A stretch of 64,000 nt of DNA, taken from positions 41,540,001 to 41,604,000 of the forward strand of contig OX638158.1 of assembly GCA_951804945.1 (NCBI GenBank). The letters run 5' to 3'. The position numbers were made by a program, and so were the translations under genes. Positions within the stretch are counted from its first letter, which is position 1. Every line of letters starts with the position of its first letter. Positions 26,511 to 39,446 of the stretch are shown here, piece by piece. The notes beneath the pieces are model-generated. The model did no database searches, was not told the origin of the DNA, and worked only from the letters and a program-made list of their open reading frames with translations. The DNA is from Podarcis cretensis (taxonomy: Eukaryota).

Positions 26511-27956
26511 CTAACCCTAACCCCCCCCCTTTACATGTCAGAGGAGGGGAGATAGTGTGAAAAAGTGCTTGTAGGTTCCCAAAAGACAGTGGCTGCTCCT
26601 GTTTGTGGGCAACTTATTCAGGGTGGCTGGGCACTGTGGGAACTTCCAGGCATATATGTCAGGGAGAAACATTTGAGGAATCTGAGGGATGAGAAAATCC
26701 AAAGTTTTAGTAAGGCACTTGCATTTATTGGGATGTGGGGAAGTCCTGTTCATCTCTACTTAAATACTTACTTTCCTTAAGTGTCACATACATTATATAT
26801 AAACCACTTTGAGGTTTCATTACAATCAACTGGCATGTAAATGTTTGCAAAGCTAGCTTTCACTTTCAAAGCAAGATGATATTCAGGTGTGCTTCTCCTT
26901 CCTCTTCCATACAAATTCACCCACTTTTCTCATCAGCATTGCCTACGTGGCATTATGCAGATGCTGACAGTAATGCTAATTGTGGTTACTTTTTACCTGG
27001 TTTTGTAAATCGACTTCAGCCCTGGGTAAAAGTATCTGTGCTGTGGTGCAGCTGGCAATTGTGTAGAATAAGTGGTTTTCACTGAGATTTCATTCCACGG
27101 TTCTTCTAGGAAGAGTGTCTGCTGGAACTCTATCTGAGATGGAATCCTTTGTTTTTAAAGAGTTGAAGTGGAGAGAAAGAAACCCATTTTGGGTAGAAAG
27201 GTGCTTTACAGCATCCTTTCACCTAAGAAGAGGATGAAAAGGGCTTTGTGGTTGCTGAAAGCAACATCCCAAACCAGTTTTTGAAACTCTGAAAGGCCTT
27301 TTCTTCTGCCTTTTGTTCCCTTAAAGTGCAACTTGCACTAGTGATAAATGCCATATAAAGCCGTCCTTACTGCAATGTAGCGTCTTCCTGTGGCTGAAAA
27401 TATTTTGATTGCCTTTTCACAACACAGATGTCATATATGTGCTATTAAACGAATAACAGATCGAAGAAGTAGACCCCCTGCTGTTGAGAATGGGAAATCT
27501 TGAGTGCTTCAGCATTCAAGCCATCTCTTCTGCCTTAACCTCAGCATTTAACCTAAGGTGTCCACCCCCCCCACACACACACATAATATTAAAGTAGTTT
27601 GTGGGGAATTTCTGCATGTTGGTTAACAGAATCAGAATTTTAAAAGGTTCTCTTGCTTTAGCTTCCTATCACATCGAAGCAGCACACATTAAACTGCAGG
27701 TTCTCATTAACACTGCATTCATTTGCATTGCAATTATGAAGGCAATGGAGGAAGCAGTTCAAACTTGTTTGCGAAGCTTGAAATGGGAAGGGGGTCACAA
27801 ATTGGACAAATACAGTATGTAAAGAAATAAACTTCACTGAACTTGGCATGTTCCATCACTGACTAAGAAAGTAGGCATTTACAATTTTCCGGCAAGATGG
27901 TGTAGCCACAGCCTGTATACCATTGAGTTGTGATGCAATCTATCTGAGAAAATATA

Positions 27957-28184
27957 CAGTAATATCTCCGCAAACGTCCACCCTGTTGACCGTCCATTTC
28001 GGCGAATATCTGCTGCAAACCTGGAAGTACCGAAACGGGTTGCTTCCATGTTTGCTGCTCATGCATGCGCAGAAGCGCAAACCACTCTGCGTGTGTGCGC
28101 AGAGCGTCCCTTTCATCGAGCGTCCCTTTCGTCAAGCGTCCAGGGCTCCAGAACGGATCCCGGACTCAAAACAAGGTACCACTG
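27957..28184. mobile_element. Tc1/mariner MITE
   Basis: TA|CAGTAATATCT ... AGGTACCACTG|TA. Confidence 0.7.
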
Positions 28185-28479
28185 TACATGTTACTTTTGC
28201 ATCAAGTGTGGCATGTGGCCATTTAAGCATCATATCAGCCTATCATTATGACCATAAGCTATCATTTGGCAAGTTGCCTCTCAACCAAAGAACAAAGGCA
28301 AGATATGTTCTATTCTGGCCCCAAGGTTGCCACCATAAATGGCATCCCATGGCAATTTCCAACCTAAAATATATAGAACATCTTATTGATATAAAAATCT
28401 TAGGTTTCAGTTCTGGCAAACTGATAGTAATCAATTTTCTTGAAAATCCAGTTGTCTTTGCACACATATTTAAGAACAA

Positions 28480-28840
28480 TAATGAATAATAATTTTATTA
28501 CTTGTACCCTGTCCATCTGACTGGGCTGCCCCGGCCACTCTGGGCAGCTTCCAGCATTTACAGAAACATAATAAAACATCAAACATTAAAAACTTCCCTA
28601 TACAGGGCTGCCTTCTGATGTCTTCTAAAAGTCAGATTTTTAAAATTTCCTTGACATGTGAAGGTAGAGTGTTCTACAGGGTGGGTGCCACTACTGAGAA
28701 GGCCCTCTGCCTGGTTCCCTGTAACCTCACTTTTCCCAGTGAGGGAACCACCAGAAGGCCCTCAGAGGTAGATCTCAGTGTTCGGTCTGAACAACGGAGA
28801 TGGAGATTCTCCTTCAGGTATACAAGGCCAAGGCTCTTTA
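28480..28840 (-). mobile_element. L2-clade LINE 3' fragment
   Basis: Same family as 31862; ATT-type tail. Confidence 0.75.
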
Positions 28841-30177
28841 AATGTAAGATATCCCTGTTAGATATTCAAACAAAAGTAGGCTATTTATCTAAATAAAAAT
28901 AATGTATATTTATTTAGATTTTAAAACCCCACCAATTCTAAATATATATCTTTTAAACTGGATGTATAAGCAGGCACCCTATTTTTAAGTGAGAAGGTGG
29001 TGACTAATCAGATTAGAAATGAATGAAACCACACTAGGAGCTGGAGAATTATTGTTATTATTCAGAAGGCTTGAGTATAATTTGTACCTAGAACTCAGGA
29101 ACAGAAATTGAGCAAGCAGACTGTATCTTAAATGCCAAATATAATTTATTTGCATTTATTCTGTCTTCATTATAGTCTTTGCTTACAGAATCATAACATT
29201 TTATCTTACTTAGCTTATATCCAAGCACACCATCACACTATGCTTTGTGCCGTGAATTTTGCATTGCAGTTCTCCAGTGAAGTCAGTTGTACCAAAATGC
29301 ATATACTTGCATAAAGTGTGCAGATAAATGCATATATTAGTGGAAATAATATGCAAAAGCACATTATGCATACAAACTGCATCCAAGCAAGTGTGTAGTA
29401 AGAGAAATTTGCACTAAAATGCTGGTGTATTTTAATGAAGACTTTAAAAATAAAGGATGGCAAACTGTTTTGGAAACATGGGGAACCAAACTTAAAATTG
29501 GGGGGGGGGGATGAGAAACTGAGAGAAATAAAAATGGACAGATTTTCTTATCCCCAATTGTGACGTGTGAATGTGGTCGTTTTGCATTGTTTGCTTAATA
29601 CATGGCGGTCACAAAGCTGGCAAAATCTACATTTTTACATAAGCTTAACTTCCAAAGACAAAGGGGATCCTTCTTATCCCAGCTTCCTCTCAAGATTTTG
29701 TTTGACTAGTATAGAATTGAACATATGTGGATAGATAGTTTCTCAATTATCTGGCTCTTCAAGGCTTTAGATGCAAGATGGAGGTCTGACACAAGACATT
29801 TTATTTAGCATTAGCATCTGTGTAGAAGAAATCTGTTCCTAAGAAGGGTAAGAAGGAAGCCTGATTTTGAATACTGTTTGCTGCAGTGAAACAAATATAG
29901 TTTCCCACTAGATTTTTAATAGGATGTGGAACATCTGTTTGTAAATGTTAAAGTTGTTACAGTTTGTCAGGAAAACAAGCTTGAGTGATTAAAGGTTAAG
30001 AGAATTTGGTGCGGGAGGTGAGAATGAAACCATTGACAGGAAATATTCTGTTATGCTGGGGTACCATGCCAGGGCTTTCCTGGAGAGGGGGGGGGGTGTC
30101 CTGCTTCTGGCTGCACACAGATCAGAGCAGCAAGACATCAACAGGGGCAATCTAAGATGTAAAGTCAAGTAGAAGTC

Positions 30178-30223
<46 letters not shown>

Positions 30224-30315
30224 TTTCATTTATACCCCGCCCATCTGACTGGGTTGCCCAAGCCACTGTGGGCAGCTTCCAAGACATAAAAACATAATAA
30301 AACATCAAACATTAA
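30178..30315 (-). mobile_element. L2 3' tip with (AAT)n tail microsatellite
   Basis: (AAT) run then CCCGCCCATCTGACTGGGTTGCCC, shared with ~28505. Confidence 0.7.
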
Positions 30316-30646
30316 TAGTAACAATCTGTTCCAGTATAAAAGTCACGATAACTTTAAAATAACATATCAAACAAAGCAACATTCAACAATCCATCAGAAT
30401 CTAATAGTAAACAGTAAAATTAAACATCAGCAAATAACAAACAGTTCAACCACAATAAAGAATTGCCAATCTATAACCAATAAAAGTAACAACAAATCAC
30501 AATGCATAAAATACCACAAAACATACAAAACCATGTAAAACAGTAGTGACCTAACTTGACCCTCCAGCTGTTTTTAGACTACAACTCCCATCATCCCTAG
30601 CTAACAGGACCAGTGGTCAGGGGTGATTGGAATTGTAGTCCCAAAA

Positions 30647-30675
30647 TTCTCTCTCTCTCTCTCTGTCTCTCTCTT

Positions 30676-30708
<33 letters not shown>

Positions 30709-30734
30709 AATACATACATATATATACACACACA
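30647..30734 (+). repeat. Compound (CT)n/(CA)n/(TA)n microsatellite
   Basis: Direct reading. Confidence 0.9.
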
Positions 30735-30944
30735 CAGTGGTACCTCGGGTTAAGAATTTAATTCGTTCTGGAGGTCCGCTCTTAAACTGAAACTGTTTTT
30801 AACCTGAGGTACCACTTTAGCTAATGGGCCTCCCGCTGCTGCCGCACAATTTCTGTTCTCATCCTGAAGCAAAGTTCTTAACCCGAGGTACTATTTCTGG
30901 GTTAGCGGAGTAACCTGAAGCGTCTGTAACCCGAGGTACCACTG
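30735..30944. mobile_element. Tc1/mariner MITE (same family as 24655) inside a CA microsatellite
   Basis: CAGTGGTACCTCGGGTTA TIRs. Confidence 0.85.
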
Positions 30945-30955
30945 TGTTTGTGTGT

Positions 30956-31318
30956 GGCATACGGATGGCACTGTGGTCTAAACCACTGAGCCTAGGGCTT
31001 GGTGATCGGAAGGTCAGCAGTTCAAATCCCTGCAATGGGGTGAGCTCCCGTTGCTCGGTCCCTGCTCCTGCCAACCTAGCAGTTTGAAAGTACGTCAAAG
31101 TGCAAGTAGATAAATAGGTACCACTCTGGCGGGAAGGTAAACGGCATTTCCGTGTGCTGCTCTGGTTTCACCAGAAGCAGCATAGTCATGCTGGCCACAA
31201 GACCTGGGAAAACTGTCTGTGGACAAATGCCGGCTCCCTCGGCCAGTAAAGAGAGATGAGCGCTGCAACCCCAGAGTCATTTGTGACTGGACTTAACTGT
31301 CAGGGGTCCTTTACCTTT
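30956..31318 (+). mobile_element. Sauria-type SINE, near full length
   Basis: Same head and core; GGGGTCCTTTACCTTT tail. Confidence 0.88.
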
Positions 31319-31861
31319 ATATATATATATGTCCAGCGGCTGCTGCTGCTCCTCCTGCTGTTCTCAAAGTCATAGTCTGCTGAAAGGCTAGGTGGGGCAA
31401 GGCAGGTATAAATGCTATTGCCTGCTGAGGAACAGAAAGTCTCTCTCCTCTCACTGGGGCAACCCAAGAAGCAAGGTTCAGAAACAGTCAGAGGTTCAAA
31501 CATGGCAAGCTCAGTGAACACCTAGGTGGCAGTGACCCATGAGTCAGGAAGCTGGCACAAAGATGTTCTGGTACTCCATGCCTGCAACTGAAGGCTTTTA
31601 GATCTCCACCCAGAAGACAGCAACAAGGCACCCATGTTGCTTACAGATTTGGTCTTCTGCAATGACTAGCTTCCTCACGAGTATTCGTCACCCGGCACTT
31701 TAGAATCTGGTAGCCAATGGAGCCTGTATCTTGAGGCAGCTGTGGTCCCTAGGGCTTGGTGACTGCTCAGTATCTGTCTCTGAATCTGAAAAAGGGAAAG
31801 TCAGATTGCCAGTTTCTCTGAGGGCCCTGGGCGCTTAACACAGGGTGTTCCTCTGAGAGCC

Positions 31862-32136
31862 CTAGGTCAGCCTCGGCCCAGTATACTTGAAGGAGTGTCT
31901 CCACCCCCATCGTTCTGCCCGGACACTGAGGTTCAGCTTCGAGGGCCTTCTAGTGGTTCCCTCACTACGAGAAGTGAAGTTACAGGGAACCAGGTAGAGG
32001 GCCTTCTCGGTAGTGGTGCCCGCCCTATGGAACACCCTCCCATCAGATGTCAAGGAAATAAACAATTATCTGACTTTTAGAAGACACCTGAAGGCAGCCC
32101 TGTTTAGGGAAGCTTTTAATATTTGCTGAATCATTG
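31862..32136 (+). mobile_element. L2-clade LINE 3' fragment
   Basis: Translates RAFSVVVPALWNTLP, typical of the L2 ORF2 C-terminus; reverse-complement match to 28480-28840. Confidence 0.75.
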
Positions 32137-32138
32137 TA

Positions 32139-32364
32139 CAGTGGTACCTCGGGTTACATACGCTTCAGGTTACAGACTCCGCTAACCCAGAAATAGTGCT
32201 TCAGGTTAAGAACTTTGCTTTAGGATGAGAACAGAAATAGTGCTCCAGCAGCACGGCAGCAGCGGGAAGCCCCATTAGCTAAAGTGGTGCTTCAGGTTCA
32301 GAACAGTTTCAGGTTAAGTACGGACCTCCGGAACGAATTAAGTACTTAACCTGAGGTACCACTG
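32139..32364. mobile_element. Tc1/mariner MITE (same family) nested in an L2 tail
   Basis: CAGTGGTACCTC TIRs; L2 3' sequence resumes afterwards. Confidence 0.85.
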
Positions 32365-34750
32365 CATTTTAATAATCTGCTGGAATTATTCTTATTATTA
32401 TCCTCCAAAGAAGATCCAACCGGGGCATGACTGGGGGATGTGGGGTCCCATTGGCTTCATCTCTTCCCTGACTCCTTCTCTTCCTGATGACGATACCCCC
32501 AATGTTTTTGTTCTGCCACTAAAATTTAGCAGTAGCAGTGCCAGCAATGCCTCATGTTCTAGGAAGGGAGGTGGTGGCGAGCCTCACTGGGTGGGCAGGA
32601 AGTGGCAGGGCTGTTGGTTGTGGCTGCAGGTGCCAAGCACAGTCCCTGCCCCCACCCCCTGCAAAGAACCCACAGGGCATAGTGTGGATGCCACTATTCG
32701 CTTTTCCTAGAGACACCATTTTGCAGAGCAAATACTTGTACTTTTGGTTTTCCTTTAAATAAGAAGGAAAGCATATTTTTGCCCCAAGAAAAAAAGAACT
32801 GCAAATTAACAGGAGAGGCGAGATAAGGTGTTTTCAAATGTTATACACACCTGACAAACCTTCTCTGAAAATAGACCTTGACCTCTTTACATTTTTACTA
32901 TACTGTTAATTAAATTAAGCCCTTTTAGTACATCCTAGACAAGTGATTGAATTGGAAGCAAATTACAATCAAGATAATTAGACTGACATAATTTAATCCG
33001 TTTTGCTGACTGATGTTTTTAAATGCAAGGAACATTAAGAAAAAAAACAGCATTGGATTTCCCTTGGATAAGAAGCCGATCTATATCATTGCCATGTCTG
33101 CTTTTAATAATCAGCCACCACTGTATATAATTTCTTTTATTTATTTCTGTTCCATAAAGTAAATGCATAATGTATAATGCAGAGACTGAAATCTTTATTA
33201 TAGTGAAAGAGGAAAGACCTTGGTTTGGGGAATAGGTTTTTTCTCTTCCAACCAGCTCATTGGGGGTCACAGTACTTTGGCCCAGCCACTAATCTTTACT
33301 CCCCGCCCCCCAACCTCAGGTGTAAAGCAGATGGGTGTGGCTTGTCCATAACAGCTTCATGGGCTAAATGGACTGGCCCAGAGTTTCCCCACCCTCTCTA
33401 ACAGCATTATATTTTCTTTCCATTTCCCTCCATTTTTGCATTTTGATTGTTTCTTTTATTTTTTGGCTAAGGCTTAAGGAAGTTCTAATATTTGGCCCCC
33501 TGGTGAAAGAGCAGGTTGGTGCCTGATAAATTTTCCTTAAAGGCATATTTTGCTCTGCCTGTGTTGTGTTTCAGCATGGGCCAGCAAGTATAGTTCAGAG
33601 ACAAAAGTATATGCACAGAAACCAACCTGGATTTCTGTTTTCAAGTGTGGACCATGATATCCTCTGGAAATTAAGTTAATGGAAACACACCAGTTTAATT
33701 TAGGGGTCCAATAGGTAGGTGTTGTTTATGCCCATTGTAGCTTTTATTTCTATGACTCTTAAGATAAATGAACTATCTGTATTCCAGGTGGGTGTAAAAC
33801 GAATGTGAACCTTTTCCTATTAATTTTGGGCTGTTTCTGTTTCAGAGCAAATGAAATGGAAGTGTGTTTTTGTTACTTAGCTCAGAATTACATTATGGCT
33901 GCATCAGAGCAGAAGGTCTCAGTTCCATTTCATAGATCCCCCACCAGGTCTAATAATGATTTCTACAGCCTCTGATTCTTAGTTGAGCAATGTGACCAGT
34001 CACTTTAGATATCCACCCTGCTGTGCAACATTTAAGCAACCCACTTTTTTTATTTTATTAATCCCTTGAGCTGTGAAATGGTTGCATGTAATGGCATGTT
34101 ACATTATGAATGTATTGTGTCCGATTTATTTCTCTTTTGGATTTATTTCTGCTTTGGATAAAAAGCGATAAAGACAGTTTATAAATAAATAACATGTATC
34201 ATTACTATCGGAATTTCATGCTCACCAAAATGAATAAGAGCTCATCTGGCATAGATTGCTTTACCATTTCCCAGTATTATTATTTTTTACTGTTATCATT
34301 GCAGCTAAAATGCCTAGACACACTTTGTGATCAAAACTGAGGCAGTGATTCAGCACAATTCAAACATTGCCCTTTGTTGTCTTTCTATATCCTTTATAAT
34401 GTGAGTGTTTCCTTTTCTAGAAAAAGAAAGGGTATAAGGAGCTTCCTTACAGTTAGATCTAAATTGTGTATGACAGCAACAGTGTGGACATCACTTTCCC
34501 CACTTCTGTCACCACATCCCAGTAATGCCAAACTAAGTGTGATGTGTAATGTGACATTGTGATACTCTACTTTCCCCCACCTCCCTTCCTCCTCATTGGC
34601 TGCCACTTGCAGGGGTTCAGGACCAATTAGGTTGTATCACGCAAGTTGCTTACTTAGACATTGGCAGGCAGTTTTGAGTTGGCAGATGCTACAGCCCTCT
34701 TCAGGTATGGCACCCATGATGGCACTATGTGAGTAAAAAAGGGATTCAGG

Positions 34751-35002
34751 CAGTGCTTTTTTCGGGGGGGGCACAGGGGTACGCATACCCTTAAACCTTT
34801 TGTGAATCTGGCAGGAGAAGAAACTTAAAAACTTTTTTAAAAATTAGTTTATTCTCTAGCACAGTGAATCGTCAGTTCCACCCCCAATTGGCTGCCTTTT
34901 GTCCATTTACTGTATTTATTTTTCTGATTTTCCCGATTGGTGATTTTCTTGAGTCAAAATGAGAGTACCCGTAACCTTTTTTTAAGGAAAAAAAAAGCGC
35001 TG
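34751..35002. mobile_element. hAT-type MITE
   Basis: TIRs CAGTGCTTTTTT / AAAAAAGCGCTG; TSD GATTCAGG / GATTTAGG. Confidence 0.75.
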
Positions 35003-35223
35003 GATTTAGGACTATGTCTTTTAGCCTGATGACTCAAGCCAGCTACCCTGTATTTTACTATAACTGCTGCAGTGGGGAACCGTTTTTAAACATATCCTCA
35101 GTTGTGCAAGGAACCCCCCCAAAGTGGAACAAGTTATCTGAGAATATGGAAAGACAACAGTGAGGGAAGGCATGGCCCCACAACCTATTTCAGCTGGATT
35201 TGCTGCTTTGTGGTTGTAATGTA

Positions 35224-35457
35224 CAGTGGTACCTTGGGTTACAGACGCTTCAGGTTACAGACGCTTCAGGTTACAGACTCCGCTAACCCAGAAATATTAC
35301 CTCGAGTTAAGAACTTTGCTTCAGGATGAGAACAGAAATCGTGCAGCAGCGGCAGCAGGAGGCCCCATTAGCTAAAGTGGTGCTTCAGGTTAAGAACAGT
35401 TTCAGGTTAAAAACAGACCTCTAGAACGAATTAAGTTCTTAACCTGAGGTACCACTG
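35224..35457. mobile_element. Tc1/mariner MITE (same family)
   Basis: TA|CAGTGGTACCT ... AGGTACCACTG|TA. Confidence 0.88.
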
Positions 35458-35766
35458 TATGAAGAAGGCATATGTGTCCCATAGCATAATCCAGTACTGC
35501 TCTTCTAACCCAATAAGGATGTGTCCCAACTGGTAGAAATCAATGGATGTTATTGCTTCATCACCCCCACTGCACAGTTAAATACAATTTTTAAAAAATA
35601 TAGAGCTATTTTGGAAATTAAAGTTCTGTTCACGTCTGTTAGAAGCAACCTTGTGTAAAACTTGTACTGAGTGATCTTGCTGATCTGAGTGTCTATGAGA
35701 TCAAACGATTTCAATCTACATATACTATTTCCTGGCTTCTGTGCTTTTTGAGGGGTGTGTTCTCTA

Positions 35767-36068
35767 CAGGGCTGTCTTAAGTATATGCATCGCCAGGGTG
35801 CAAAGATCTGCCTGGCGCCCCCTCCCCAGGTTGCCCAGTCCCAGGCACGCAGGAGAGCAGAGACGCCTCAGCTTCTCGCTGGCTCGGGCACCCCTGAACT
35901 CATGGCGCAGAGCCACCCGCAGCAGAAGAGCCTGCTGCAGTGCTCCGACCGACAGGCAGGCTCATCCCCAGACTCAACTCTCAGGCCCCGGACTCTCAGC
36001 CTGGCGCTCCTGAGAGCCCTGCGCCCGGGTGCCCTGCACCCTTAGCTCCTATGGATAAGATGGCCCTG
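35767..36068. mobile_element. GC-rich hAT-type MITE
   Basis: TIRs CAGGGCTGTCTTA / TAAGATGGCCCTG; exact 8-bp TSD GTTCTCTA. Confidence 0.85.
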
Positions 36069-36722
36069 GTTCTCTAGTATTGTAAAGTGCAGTATCATTA
36101 ACAATTTTGCTGATAAACCTATTAGGCTGATGGTGTGCTCTATTCTCTTAAAGGGTTTGATTTCATCTCTTCCCTTTACAAAGCATAGCTGTGTGGGAAG
36201 GAGGGTGTCCTCAATTAGGATTATGGTACAGAGAAGATGAGTTACCCCTCTTTGCTCTCTTTTCCTTTTGGAAATGGCCCCTCGATGCAAATGTTTCCCC
36301 CAATTGATAACTTATTGTTAAAAACTCTCCCTGACCATGGTCTTGATCCATATCAGCTCCCCCACTGACTGTGGGTGCATTTTAAGAGAGGAAAAATATG
36401 TTGCAAGTTCCAATCATGGAACTGCTGCAACACGCTTAGTTTGACCTTTCATAATCACATAAACTAGTTCTTTCAAATGCATAGCTGATAAAGGCTTGAA
36501 GGAAGATATAAAATGATAGCATTTAAGGGTGATGAAGAAAGATGATAACGAGATACCATCTTTAAATATTTTTCCACATTTTGATTTGTAGCATATTGAT
36601 ACAATGTGGAGAATAGTGTTAAAATATTGTCACATTACTGCTTAGAATGCTGTGTATTTGTGCTCAAGAAATGAAATTCTTACTTGCTGTTTGTTCTGAC
36701 CTTAATCTTAATTCTTTTCTAG

Positions 36723-36839
36723 ATTCTAGCTTTGCGTGAACAAAATGCACACATTCAAAGGAAAATGGCATCAGGAGAGGGTCCTACTGACTCAGAGCTT
36801 ATTAAAGGAATGGAGCCTGGACAAAAAGTTCATGAAAAG
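36723..36839 (+). CDS. PPFIA2: Liprin-alpha-2 coding exon (ILALREQNAHIQRKMASGEGPTDSELIKGMEPGQKVHEK)
   Basis: ttctag|ATT...AAG|gtataa; 117 nt; GMEPGQKVHEK identifies the alpha-2 paralog. Confidence 0.93.
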
Positions 36840-37109
36840 GTATAAAGTAACAGCTTCCCTTTGAGAGTCTTCGTCATTTGAAAAGTTCAAATCAAAGCCC
36901 ACTGCTCTAAGCTCCCAAATCCATTTCTGCCTTCTAAGATGAACTTAATGTGATGAATAAAACCTGGCACCTATGCAAGATGAGTCGCTAGTGTATTCTG
37001 AATCAATGCCTTGAGCAGTCTCTTTTGTTTATGCCCACCTACAGAAATTAAAGCTGCTTCTTTCTAATTAAGATAGTAGTGAAGAAGTTTCATACAGCAT
37101 CAGGTTACA

Positions 37110-37900
37110 TGGTGAGGCCCCGAGCCCCACCCCCATTTCTTTGATAATGAAACACACAGACACCAGTATTTTGGGTTAATGGGATAAATAAGGCCACAAC
37201 TTTATTGGTTGCAGATGTGAGCAGTATTGGCTTAGGCACTGGAACTGAACCGACTATATCAGACTCCTGCCCATCATGCAGGTAGTCTCATAAAAGTCAA
37301 CTACCAGTAGGGGGAGTCCTGTTGTTGTACATTAACTGCGAGCTCCCCCAGGGTCCCCGATGGGGTCATGGCATGGCCCTAACCCTTACCCAGGTTTCAA
37401 ACAGAATCTACACACCCGGATCCCTTTAACGGAATATCCTTAAAGAGGAGGGGCAGGTGAAGGCCACAACCTCCCCTCCCATAAACCAGGTTTACCAATG
37501 CCTAACCGCCAAACCTTACTAGGTTTTGACGATTACTGCAAGGCAGGCAAAAACCACATGGCTGGTGCTATTTGCCAAGTGGGAAAATTCCTACCTGGCC
37601 CCCTCAACAGGTGACCAATCGTGGTCCATAGCAAGGCCAAGATGAGAAACGCATGAAAACAGGGCGGGAGGTCGGGAGATCCGACGCAGGAGGAGAAGAG
37701 GAGACTGAGCCCTGGCCGCGAGGATGTTTAAATCAGGTAAACCACGCCCCCGGTCGACCAGATTGGTCGGCTGTGGGGTGTGATGCAGCTGGAACTCCCA
37801 ATGACATAGGCGGCATTGCCACGCCCCCCACTGTACACGGGGTGTGCTTGTGGCCAGCCTGCAACTCTGCCCCCCTGGGAATGTGAGTGGTTCTATAGGA
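37110..37900 (-). mobile_element. DIRS/LTR-like terminal region
   Basis: GC/CpG-rich; AATAAAGTTGTGGCC on the minus strand; internal direct and inverted repeats; boundaries approximate. Confidence 0.4.
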
Positions 37901-39270
37901 ACTTCAGGCATAAATGAACCTCATGACCTCATTAAGCTACAAAATGGATCTATTGTGATCCAAGTGCTGACGCTGCAAACCATTTCGATATTCTAAAGTC
38001 AGTGCTAGGAAAATCAGCCTTAACGTGTGGGGTTTGCAAACGGTCCCTCAAAAGGGTTCTGCCAATGGGCCTTAAACTGAAGCTTTTTAGCAGTAGGTCT
38101 AATACAACATCAATGTGTGAGATCTTCAGCTGTTCTTTATTCCATACGTATTTTAGAAAAAAATAAAATTCTTAGCAGCCAAAAGACAATTTTAACATTC
38201 CTCACAAGCAAATCTAGGGATGGAAGGTGATAGAAACAATTCTACTTGCACTTCTTATAGCGGTGATGTAAAAAAATAATAATCAAAGCTGTTTTGTAGC
38301 AGCTTGTCATCTTAGCAGCTTCTACTGCCTTTGTAACTTTCTAGGTTCAATTTTGATATCCACTTCTTGTCATGTGTAGATAATTTATGATGCAAGAATG
38401 GAGCTCTTCAACCAGGCTGGAAAGCTCTTTTTCAAGTTAATCATCTGCATATATTTATGCAAGGAAGTTACAGAGTTGTTTCCAGCATTAGTGTTTCTGT
38501 GTTAATAGCATGCAATATTTTGAAACGATGACAAACAACTTTGGAGTCTTTCTCTGAAAGACAGTGCAAGGCAGTTCAGGGAAGAGACATATAGGGAGCT
38601 ATCACTGACCTTCAGAGGTTGATTATAACTTGGAGAAAATTTGCTTCAAGGAATTGATGCTATAATTTTGTGGTTTATTAAATACAGTCATTATGCTTGA
38701 TGTGTAAAACATAGGTCAAAGGCTTCATCCTTGCCCTCCGAGGATTTACATTCTCAACTAGAAAATCAATACAATTCTAGCCCAAAATGTAGCTGTTCAT
38801 AACAATATGGTTTAGTCTAAGAAGCAACGCATACACTGCCTGTGTTTTCGAATTCTTTACTTCGTTCAGTGGGTGATTATTGATAGACTTTACTGGAAAA
38901 ACTATGTGTGCATGGAATTTGATCAAAACATCTGCTTGTTTGGCACATAAGATAAGCAAAAGGACTTACAAGGAATGCAAAATGGACAAAGGAGAGGTAA
39001 GGAGTCCCAGGTGTAATAGGCATTGGGTGGGGAGAGGATGAAAGCATCTGAGAATTATTTTGTTAAGTTACATCTGAAGCAATAATGTGAATAGTCCACA
39101 GAGAGATGCATGTGGAATGAGATGTGTAGCTGTCTTGATATGTACGTTGTGAATTGTGGGCATGGAAAAGATATAATGTGGTCTAGTAATACATTTTTAA
39201 GCTTAGTAATTATAGTGGACTGTAGAGAAGACTGGAATGATTTATTTAGTTGCACAATCTTACCATCTTG

Positions 39271-39446
39271 GGAAGGGCTGTGGCTCAGTGGGTAGAGCAT
39301 CTGCTTTGCATGCAAAAATTTCCAGGTTCAGTCCTTAGCATATCCTGGTAGGGCTGGGAGAGAGCCCAGTCTGAAATCCTGGAGAGCTGCTGAGCTAGAT
39401 AAAGTAAAGATCTGGCTCAATACAAGGCAGTTTTTCTATTTTCTAT
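39271..39446 (+). mobile_element. tRNA-derived SINE (Squam3-like)
   Basis: GGGCTGTGGCTCAGTGGGTAGAGCATCTGCTTTGCATGC head, then CTGAAATCCTGGAGAGCTGC body. Confidence 0.7.

Noticed and set aside
27923-28489. 188-aa ORF
   Set aside because: Crosses a MITE and unique intron sequence; no domain or splice support.
39271-39345. tRNA-like sequence
   Set aside because: Degenerate arms and continues into a SINE body; not a tRNA gene. The same applies to ~25750.
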